Source of the DNA: Chitinophagales bacterium
Lineage (GTDB): Bacteria > Bacteroidota > Bacteroidia > Chitinophagales > CAIOSU01
NCBI GenBank assembly: GCA_018401955.1
Contig: JAGYJT010000009.1
Coordinates: 1,871-65,870, forward strand
Direction: 5' to 3'
Length of the DNA stretch: 64,000 bases
Both the position numbers and the translations under genes were made by a program. Positions 54,911 through 61,956 of the stretch are shown here, piece by piece; positions within the stretch are counted from its first letter, which is position 1; each line of letters opens with the position of its first letter. Under the pieces are notes generated by a model, which was given only the letters and a program-made list of their open reading frames with translations, did no database searches and was not told the origin of the DNA.

Positions 54911-55249
54911 ATGTATGAACATTTGAAACAAAGCACCTTGGCCGCAACCACTGCGCTGTTGCGCGAAAAAGGGTATAAGCACGATGTGGAGGTTGATGAT
55001 ATGGGACTTTATATAATGGGCCACAAAGAAAAGTACTACCAGCCTAAAGAAGTACATATTGTATCGGTAATTAGATTTGAGGGTGCTAGTGACCCTGGCG
55101 ACATGTCGGCCATTTATATGGTAGAGCTTGCCGATGGCTCCAAAGGCCAATTAATTGATGCCTATGGGGTGTATGCCAGTAAAAAGGTAGGCGAGTTTTT
55201 GAAACAATGTGAGTTTGATTATGATGCAAGCACGCATGGGCTAAAATAA
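54911..55249 (+). CDS. Conserved small hypothetical protein
   Basis: 112 aa. The block VIRFEGASDPGDMSAIYMVELADGSKGQLIDAYGVY resembles a Bacteroidota family that I recall being mislabelled as PRPP-synthetase-like. Confidence 0.55.
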   Translation: MYEHLKQSTLAATTALLREKGYKHDVEVDDMGLYIMGHKEKYYQPKEVHIVSVIRFEGASDPGDMSAIYMVELADGSKGQLIDAYGVYASKKVGEFLKQCEFDYDASTHGLK

Positions 55250-55273
55250 TTATGGCATAACCCGCTGTAATGC

Positions 55274-55309
55274 AAACGGCCCTTGAAACTTACGTTTCGA
55301 GGGCCGTTT
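55274..55309. terminator. Long hairpin between convergent CDS and tRNA
   Basis: AAACGGCCCTTGAAAC-TTAC-GTTTCGAGGGCCGTTT forms a 16-bp stem with one G-U pair. Confidence 0.7.
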
Positions 55310-55317
55310 GGCGTGTG

Positions 55318-55391
55318 TACCGAGAGGGAGAATTGAACTCCCGACCTCAGGGTTATGAATCCTGCGCTCTAACCATCTGAGCTACCTCGGT
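55318..55391 (-). tRNA. tRNA with CAT anticodon (elongator Met, or Ile2 if lysidine-modified)
   Basis: The minus strand reads ACCGAGGTAGCTCAGATGGTTAGAGCGCAGGATTCATAACCCTGAGGTCGGGAGTTCAATTCTCCCTCTCGGTA. It folds as a cloverleaf with a 7-bp acceptor, GCTC/GAGC D-stem, TTCATAA anticodon loop and GGGAG/CTCCC T-stem. No CCA is encoded. Confidence 0.85.
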
Positions 55392-55628
55392 AAAAATTGG
55401 ACTGCAAATATACACCCATTTTGCAAGCAGCGCAATTTGTTGCTCAAAATTGTTTTTTCAAGCGTAATTTTAGTCGCAATGGCTACTTTAAGTTCCTTTT
55501 GGGGCACTTGTAGGGTATGCTATTGCAAGCACAAAAGGGTTAATAAAGCTAAGCAAATACTTTACTTAGCATATTTGGGGTTGTCGTCCCGATTATTTCC
55601 GTTAATTTTGAGAGCAAAATCAAGAATA

Positions 55629-56006
55629 ATGAGTAACTATCCAGCTAACCTTAAGTATAGCAAAGAGCACGAATGGGTTCGTGTTGAAGGCGATGAAGCC
55701 TATATTGGTATTACACACTTTGCACAGCGCGAGCTGGGCGACATTGTATACGTAGATGTTGCTACCGTTGGCGATGAGCTAGACCAAGATGCGGTGTTTG
55801 GCACAGTGGAAGCGGTTAAAACCGTTTCTGATTTGTTTATGCCGGTATCGGGCAAAATTTTGGAATTTAACGAAGACTTGAACAACGAGCCAGAGCAGGT
55901 TAACACCGATCCTTATGGAAAAGGCTGGATGATTAAGATTGCCTTAAGCAACAAGGCCGAGCTCGATGGGTTATTTGATAGCGAAGCATACGAGGCGCAA
56001 CTGTAA
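55629..56006 (+). CDS. gcvH: Glycine cleavage system protein H
   Basis: The start is moved to [17 protein letters not shown]. The lipoyl-lysine motif is VEAVKTVSD. The ORF-track N-terminal extension is implausible. Confidence 0.9.
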   Translation: MSNYPANLKYSKEHEWVRVEGDEAYIGITHFAQRELGDIVYVDVATVGDELDQDAVFGTVEAVKTVSDLFMPVSGKILEFNEDLNNEPEQVNTDPYGKGWMIKIALSNKAELDGLFDSEAYEAQL

Positions 56007-56015
56007 ATAAATTAT

Positions 56016-56393
56016 ATGCTGCTACGTTTTAGCATTCCGGCTATTCTTTGGGCAGCATTTATTTTGTTGGTTTCTATTTTGCCGGGTGGCAATGTTCAAC
56101 AGGCGCACTTATTCAACTTTTTACCTGTTGACAAGGCAGTGCATGCTGCATTTCATGCGGCTTTGGTGTTTTTGTTGATGGTTGGTTTTAGCAAACAACA
56201 TAGCCATCGAAAAATTCGTTATAACCCTGCGCGGTATGCTGTTACCTTGTCGTGTTTATATGGAATAGGAATTGAACTGTTACAAGAATTTGTTATTGTA
56301 CAGAGAAATTTTGAAATTTACGACCTCGTTGCTAATTTCTCCGGAGCCATCATCGGTTATGGAGTTTTTCAACTGGTCTACTTTAAACTTTGA
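56016..56393 (+). CDS. VanZ-family membrane protein
   Basis: 125 aa with 4 TM helices. The D/H-containing helix is DKAVHAAFHAALVFLL. Confidence 0.6.
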   Translation: MLLRFSIPAILWAAFILLVSILPGGNVQQAHLFNFLPVDKAVHAAFHAALVFLLMVGFSKQHSHRKIRYNPARYAVTLSCLYGIGIELLQEFVIVQRNFEIYDLVANFSGAIIGYGVFQLVYFKL

Positions 56394-56396
56394 CCT

Positions 56397-57200
56397 ATGC
56401 TAGTAGTATTTGGAGTTGTATTTGGCTTAGCGGCAATAATAGCCTTAATCGTATTAGGGATTAAGCTGTTTTTTGACCGCAATAGCACACAATCAATCAT
56501 GAACACCCATGCAGCTTCTGCTGATGGCAGTTCTATTTTCGTAAAAAAATACAAAGAGGCCGATGTGTTTAGGCACTCAGATACCTTTGTATTGATTGGT
56601 TTGGTGTTTGCTTTAGGATTGGTTTTGGCTTCGTTCCAAATTTCAAACAAACCTGAAGTAGAAGAAATAAAAGTTGAATTTGAAGGTATCGACGATATCG
56701 AGGTAGAAGTGCCACCTACTTTCCGTGAGCCAACACCTCCACCACCGCCACCACCGCCAGTTATTGAGGTGGTAGAAGATGAAGAGATTATTGAGGAGCA
56801 ACCTAAATTTGAAGTTGAGGAGATTGAAGTGGATGAGGTAATTGCTCCGCCTGCCCCTGTAATTGAAGAGGTAGTAGTAGAAGATGAGATTTTTAAGGTA
56901 GTAGAAGATATGCCGGAGTTTCCGGGTGGACAAAGTGCTTTGATGCAGTTTTTGGCCAAGACTACCTACCCACCATTTGCCCGTGAGAACGATTTGGAAG
57001 GCACGGTTTATGTACAATTTGTAATTGATAAAAGTGGTAAAGTTACCGAAGCGGTAATTGCCCGTTCTTCTGGTCACAAAATATTGGATGACGCTGCTTT
57101 GGCCCACGTTAAAACCATGCCTTCATGGAAACCTGGTAAGCAACGTGGTAAAGCGGTACGTGTACAATATGTAGTACCTATCAAATTTAAACTTAGCTAA
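56397..57200 (+). CDS. tonB: Energy transducer TonB
   Basis: 267 aa. It has an N-terminal TM helix, a Pro-rich spacer (PTPPPPPPPPV) and a C-terminal TonB domain (MPEFPGGQSALMQFLAKTTYPPFARENDLEGTVYVQFVIDKSG). Confidence 0.85.
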   Translation: MLVVFGVVFGLAAIIALIVLGIKLFFDRNSTQSIMNTHAASADGSSIFVKKYKEADVFRHSDTFVLIGLVFALGLVLASFQISNKPEVEEIKVEFEGIDDIEVEVPPTFREPTPPPPPPPPVIEVVEDEEIIEEQPKFEVEEIEVDEVIAPPAPVIEEVVVEDEIFKVVEDMPEFPGGQSALMQFLAKTTYPPFARENDLEGTVYVQFVIDKSGKVTEAVIARSSGHKILDDAALAHVKTMPSWKPGKQRGKAVRVQYVVPIKFKLS

Positions 57201-57250
57201 GCCATCCTTACGCAACACTTTTTTTGTAAACCCTGCGTTAATATTGGCAG

Positions 57251-59071
57251 GTGAGATACATCCAAGTCATAATAGTACTACTCCTAGCCTGCACAGTATC
57301 TGTGCAGGCTCAGGTAGGTACTGACCAAAGCCTAGCTTTGCAGTACTACCAAAACAGCGAATACGAGAAGGCGGCTGAACTTTATGAAAAGCTGCACAGT
57401 AAATACCCCGAATCAGAAATATACTACCGCTATCTCTACAACTCTTGGATAAACCTAAAAGAGTATGATAAGCTTGAAAAGGTAGTTAAGCGTGCAGTCA
57501 AAAAGAATCCTGGAACTTTATATTTTTTAGTAGACCTTGGATACCTGTATAAGCAAACAGGTGAAATGGCCGGTAGCCAAAATGCCTATAAAGAAGCACT
57601 TGATAAGCTTACGGCTGACGAAAAAACTACCAGAGAATTGGCCAATGCCTTTATGGGTTACGGCGAAAACGAATTTGCTGCTCAAGCTTTTTTAAAGGGT
57701 CGGCAGCTGCTCTCAAATAGAGGGGGCAATCAGGCACTGTTTGCTTTTGATTTGGCAGACCTCTATCGCCGTTTGAATAAAAAGCCAGAGACTATTGAGA
57801 GCTATTTAGACTTTGTAAAGTTCAACCCCCAAGCCCTACAAGATGCCCAAAGTAGGCTGCAAGACCTGATACAGGAAGATGCTTGGTACGATGAGCTGCA
57901 ATTGCAATTGCTTGGCCGTATTCAAAAAAACGGCGATGTAGTATATTCAGAGATGCTGATATGGCAATACATACAGCGCAGCAACTACAAGGCGGCCTTT
58001 ATACAAACCAAGGCCTTGGATAAGCGATTTAAAGAAAATGGATTTAGGGTAATTACCCTTGCCCGGGCGGCCAGCAACACAGGTAACTATGATGCGGCTA
58101 TTGAAGCTTATCAATACATTATTGATAAGGGTAACTTGAGCACCATGTATCAACTTGCCAAGCAAGAATTGCTGCAAACCAGAAAACAAAAGGTAACCAA
58201 GGGGTTTGATTATACCGATGAAGACCTTAACCAACTGCTGGTAGGGTACAATGCCTTTATAGAAGAGTTTGGGCTAAATAAACAAACGGTGCAGGTGCTA
58301 ATGGATAAAGCCCAGCTTAAGGCATTTTATATGCACGATATTGATTCGGCCATAATGATAATTGACGGCTTGGTAAGCATTGTTGGCTTAGATAAGAGCT
58401 TCAAAAATACGGCTAAACTTGAGCTTGGAGATTATTACCTACTCAAAGGAGAAGTTTGGGAAAGCACACTATTGTACTCTCAAGTAGATAAGGATATGAA
58501 AGATGAGCCGCTTGGTGAGTTAGCTCGTTTTAAAAATGCGCAGTTAAGCTACTATATGGCTGATTTTGAGTGGGCACAAGCCCAGTTAAACATTTTAAAG
58601 GGAGCTACTACGCATTTAATATCAAACGATGCGATTGCGCTTTCGGTGTTTATTACTGATAACATGGGCTTGGATACCACCTTTTACCCTATGCAGAAAT
58701 ATGCCCAGGCGGAGCTATTGTTGTTTCAAAACCAGTTTGATCAAGCATTGTCAACTTTAGACAGCATTTCTACTGTTTTTCCGCAACATACTTTGGCTGA
58801 TGATATTGTAATGATGCGCGCCAAAATTTCGCTTAAAAGGCGCGATTACGCCAAGGCTGCGCAGTTTTTAACTACCATTCGCGAAAAGTACGGTGAAGAT
58901 ATCTTGGGCGATGATGCTACTTTTATGTTGGCCGAGTTGTACGAAACCGTGCTTGATGACAAAGCCAAAGCCATGGAGCTATACCAAGATTTATTGGTTA
59001 CCTACAAAAGCAGTGTACTGGTGGTTGAGGCCCGTAAACGTTTCCGTAAACTGCGCGGCGACGAGCTTTAA
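57251..59071 (+). CDS. TPR-repeat protein (secreted)
   Basis: 606 aa with a GTG start and a signal peptide ending VQAQ. TPR-like helices run throughout. Confidence 0.7.
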   Translation: MRYIQVIIVLLLACTVSVQAQVGTDQSLALQYYQNSEYEKAAELYEKLHSKYPESEIYYRYLYNSWINLKEYDKLEKVVKRAVKKNPGTLYFLVDLGYLYKQTGEMAGSQNAYKEALDKLTADEKTTRELANAFMGYGENEFAAQAFLKGRQLLSNRGGNQALFAFDLADLYRRLNKKPETIESYLDFVKFNPQALQDAQSRLQDLIQEDAWYDELQLQLLGRIQKNGDVVYSEMLIWQYIQRSNYKAAFIQTKALDKRFKENGFRVITLARAASNTGNYDAAIEAYQYIIDKGNLSTMYQLAKQELLQTRKQKVTKGFDYTDEDLNQLLVGYNAFIEEFGLNKQTVQVLMDKAQLKAFYMHDIDSAIMIIDGLVSIVGLDKSFKNTAKLELGDYYLLKGEVWESTLLYSQVDKDMKDEPLGELARFKNAQLSYYMADFEWAQAQLNILKGATTHLISNDAIALSVFITDNMGLDTTFYPMQKYAQAELLLFQNQFDQALSTLDSISTVFPQHTLADDIVMMRAKISLKRRDYAKAAQFLTTIREKYGEDILGDDATFMLAELYETVLDDKAKAMELYQDLLVTYKSSVLVVEARKRFRKLRGDEL

Positions 59072-59103
59072 GTTGCTACTTACCCTTTATCCCCATTAGG
59101 CAA

Positions 59104-59406
59104 ATGATTATTTACAACGTTACCATCAAAATTGACTTAGACGTTCATGATGAATGGCTGAGCTGGATGAAGCTTGAACACATACCGCGTGTATTGGAAA
59201 CTGGTTTGTTTAACGACCACCGCATGTTGCGCATACTTGAAGACGACCAAAGCGACGGCATTAGTTACGCAGTGCAATATACCGCCAAGGATATGAGTGA
59301 TTATTTTACCTATGAGGCAGAGCATGCACCGGCACTCAGGCAAGAGGCCGCCGACAAGTACCCTAATAAATTTGTGGCTTTTAGAACCTTGCTAAAAGTA
59401 GTGTAG
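59104..59406 (+). CDS. DUF4286-family protein
   Basis: 100 aa. MIIYNVTIKIDLDVHDEWLSWMKLEHIPRVLETGLF matches my recollection of this family. Confidence 0.6.
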   Translation: MIIYNVTIKIDLDVHDEWLSWMKLEHIPRVLETGLFNDHRMLRILEDDQSDGISYAVQYTAKDMSDYFTYEAEHAPALRQEAADKYPNKFVAFRTLLKVV

Positions 59407-59418
59407 CACTTTGTGGCA

Positions 59419-60258
59419 CTACAGTATAGCCGACAGAGGCATTGCTTCGTCCATCCTTACCCCTTTTTCGGTCATTTGTAGCGTGCAGCACTCAATTTTG
59501 GCATCGTGCTCAAAGTATAGCACGTGGCCTTGCTCATGTGCGTGTTGTAAAAATGATTTCTTCTCGGCCATAGTAACCAATGGCCTTACATCGTAGCCCA
59601 TAACGTAGGGCAGCGGCATATGTCCAGGTGAGGGTAGGAGGTCGGCCATATAAACAATGGTTTTATCCTTATAGTGTATATGCGGTATTATCTGAGCTTC
59701 GGTATGGCCATTGGCTAAAATAAAATCAACATCTGGCACAATAGGTTGCCCATCGGTAACAAACTGAAGCTGCCCAGAGGCTTGCAGTGGCAGGAAATTC
59801 TCTGGTAAAAACGATGCTTTTTCCCTGTCGTTTGGCGTTACTGCCCAATCCCAATGAGCCGGGTGGCTCCAATATACCGCATTCGGGAAAGTAGGTGCAT
59901 AGCTTCCGTCTGGCTTTCTTTTTACGGCGCCACCGCAATGGTCAAAGTGCAAATGGGTAAGTATTACATCGGTTACATCCTCTGGCGAGAAACCATGCTT
60001 TTTCAAGGAGCTTATCAAGTTGGCATCGCCATGGGGGTAATAATAGCTAAAGAACTTTTCATTCTGCTTGTCGCCCATGCCAGTATCAATCAAAGTAAGT
60101 CTGCCTTGGTTTTCAATTAGCAAGCAACGCATGGCCCAGGTGCATAGGTTGTTACTATCAGGCTCGTGTATTTTCTGCCAGATAACTTTGGGTACCACGC
60201 CAAACATGGCTCCACCATCTAGCTTAAAAAATCCGGTATCAATTGTATAAAGGTTCAT
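59419..60258 (-). CDS. MBL-fold metallo-hydrolase
   Basis: 279 aa with the zinc-binding motif THLHFDHCGG. Confidence 0.8.
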   Translation of the reverse strand: MNLYTIDTGFFKLDGGAMFGVVPKVIWQKIHEPDSNNLCTWAMRCLLIENQGRLTLIDTGMGDKQNEKFFSYYYPHGDANLISSLKKHGFSPEDVTDVILTHLHFDHCGGAVKRKPDGSYAPTFPNAVYWSHPAHWDWAVTPNDREKASFLPENFLPLQASGQLQFVTDGQPIVPDVDFILANGHTEAQIIPHIHYKDKTIVYMADLLPSPGHMPLPYVMGYDVRPLVTMAEKKSFLQHAHEQGHVLYFEHDAKIECCTLQMTEKGVRMDEAMPLSAIL

Positions 60259-60357
60259 AGCGTTGTTAACATCAAGATATTTGTATCAAGTATCGAAAAA
60301 GATGTGAGTTTTACGATGCACGATAAAAGAGTGAAAGATGGAAATGAAGTTAATCAA

Positions 60358-61671
60358 TTACATCGATTCGCTCTCTATTTCGATATTGCTGCTTACCGGT
60401 TTTTTAGTAAAGGGCCTAATGATAAGGCGGATGCCTCTGTCATAATTGATGTAGTTCCATATCCAGTTTATTAGCACAATAACCCTGTTGCGGAAGCCCA
60501 CTAATGATACCAAATGTACAAACATCCAAACATACCATGCAAACAAACCCTGAAACTTAAACTTTGGCAGCTCAACCACCGCTCTATTACGGCCTATAGT
60601 AGCCATACTGCCCAAGTCGTTATACTTAAAGGGTTTCATGGGCTTACCTTGGGTTTGGTTGGTTATGTTTTTAGCCAGCAGTTTACCTTGCTGTATGGCC
60701 ACTTGCGCTAGCATTGGGTGGCCTTTAGGCGTAGCTGGGCTGTTAACTTGTGCCACATCGCCAATAGCATAAATGTTGCTATGTCCTTTCACTTGGTTAA
60801 ACTCATTTACCTCAATTCTATTTGGCCGGGTAAGTGCTTCATCTAACCCATCAATGGCGGCACCTACCACCCCTGCGGTCCATATTATATTGTCGGTTAC
60901 AAATACCTTGTCTTTATTGGTAAAAACCTTATTGCCTTGCACATCTTTAACGGCAGTATCCAGCCAAATATTTACGTCTAAATCTTTCAAGTATTTATCG
61001 GCCTTGGCAGACGATTCCGGATCCATAGGAGAGAGCACCCGTGGTGCGGCTTCGATAAGGTGAATCTGCATTTTCCTTAAATCTAGGTCAGGATAATCTT
61101 TTGCCAGCACATGGGTTTTTAGTTCACCCAAAGCACCGGCCAGCTCAACCCCAGTAGGCCCGGCACCAATAATTACAAAAGACATTAAGCTACGTTGCTT
61201 GGCCAGGTCTGCGGTTAATAGGGCCTTTTCAAAATTTTGAAGTATAAGGCTTCTAAGGTTTAGTGCCTCTGGTATGGTTTTCATGGCCATACTTTGCTCC
61301 TGCATACCTTCTATACCAAAATAATTGGTTTTTGAGCCGGTAGCTATTATCAGGTGGTCGTAGGTAAGGTTGCCAATTGACGAGTTAATGGTGTTTTTTT
61401 CAGGATCAACACTTTTTACCTGTGCCATCCGGAAGAAGAAATTGTTATGTTTTTTGAAGATTTTCCTTATCGGGAAGGCAATAGCATCGGGCTCCAAACC
61501 AGCAGTAGCAACTTGATATAAAAGCGGCTGAAAAGTATGGTAATTGTGCTTGTCTATCAATACTACTTGAAACCTATTTCCGCTTAGAGTTCTGGCCAGT
61601 GAAAGTCCAGCGAAGCCACCGCCAATTATAACTATTCTAGGAAGACTAACCTCAGGTATGTTCATGCCCAT
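60358..61671 (-). CDS. ndh: Type II NADH dehydrogenase (NDH-2) / NAD(P)/FAD oxidoreductase
   Basis: 437 aa. It has two dinucleotide folds (IIGGGFAGL and IGAGPTGVE) and a C-terminal membrane-associating helix. Confidence 0.85.
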   Translation of the reverse strand: MGMNIPEVSLPRIVIIGGGFAGLSLARTLSGNRFQVVLIDKHNYHTFQPLLYQVATAGLEPDAIAFPIRKIFKKHNNFFFRMAQVKSVDPEKNTINSSIGNLTYDHLIIATGSKTNYFGIEGMQEQSMAMKTIPEALNLRSLILQNFEKALLTADLAKQRSLMSFVIIGAGPTGVELAGALGELKTHVLAKDYPDLDLRKMQIHLIEAAPRVLSPMDPESSAKADKYLKDLDVNIWLDTAVKDVQGNKVFTNKDKVFVTDNIIWTAGVVGAAIDGLDEALTRPNRIEVNEFNQVKGHSNIYAIGDVAQVNSPATPKGHPMLAQVAIQQGKLLAKNITNQTQGKPMKPFKYNDLGSMATIGRNRAVVELPKFKFQGLFAWYVWMFVHLVSLVGFRNRVIVLINWIWNYINYDRGIRLIIRPFTKKPVSSNIEIESESM

Positions 61672-61956
61672 AATTTGGCGATATTTGTTGTTAAGCTACA
61701 AAGTTAACCATCATATTAATTGCTTCGTTCTTTTGAAATAACGATTTACGTTTTTATATTAGAGAATGTCTTGCAGAAGCTACGTTCGTAGCGAGTCAAA
61801 AGTTATTTGATAATCGCGTTAAACGGCAAATGGATTAAAATATTGTAAAAGGGGGTATTTGAAATCAAATTTTAAATGTTACCTTAGCACACTGATTGCA
61901 TATTATTGTTTTGTATATAGTATAGGAATTACAACCAACAACTAACCGCTAACCAC

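Noticed and set aside
55393-55628. Possible glycine riboswitch upstream of gcvH, and the 64-codon N-terminal extension of the gcvH ORF
   Set aside because: I could not find the conserved glycine-aptamer cores (GGAGAG...CACCG...CUCUGG). The extension is Cys- and Leu-rich with no homology, and canonical GcvH starts at [16 protein letters not shown] (55629).
56378-56959. 193-aa minus-strand ORF rich in S/T/G, antisense to tonB
   Set aside because: It is the mirror image of the Pro/Glu-rich low-complexity region of tonB. Its composition (poly-G, poly-S) is non-protein-like, and the plus-strand gene has clear TonB motifs.
59414-59430. TGGCAC...GC string resembling a sigma-54 -24/-12 promoter
   Set aside because: The GC dinucleotide is two positions too far from the GG (TGGCAC-N9-GC instead of the canonical spacing). 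The string also lies in the 12-nt gap plus 3' end of two convergent genes, with nothing downstream to drive.
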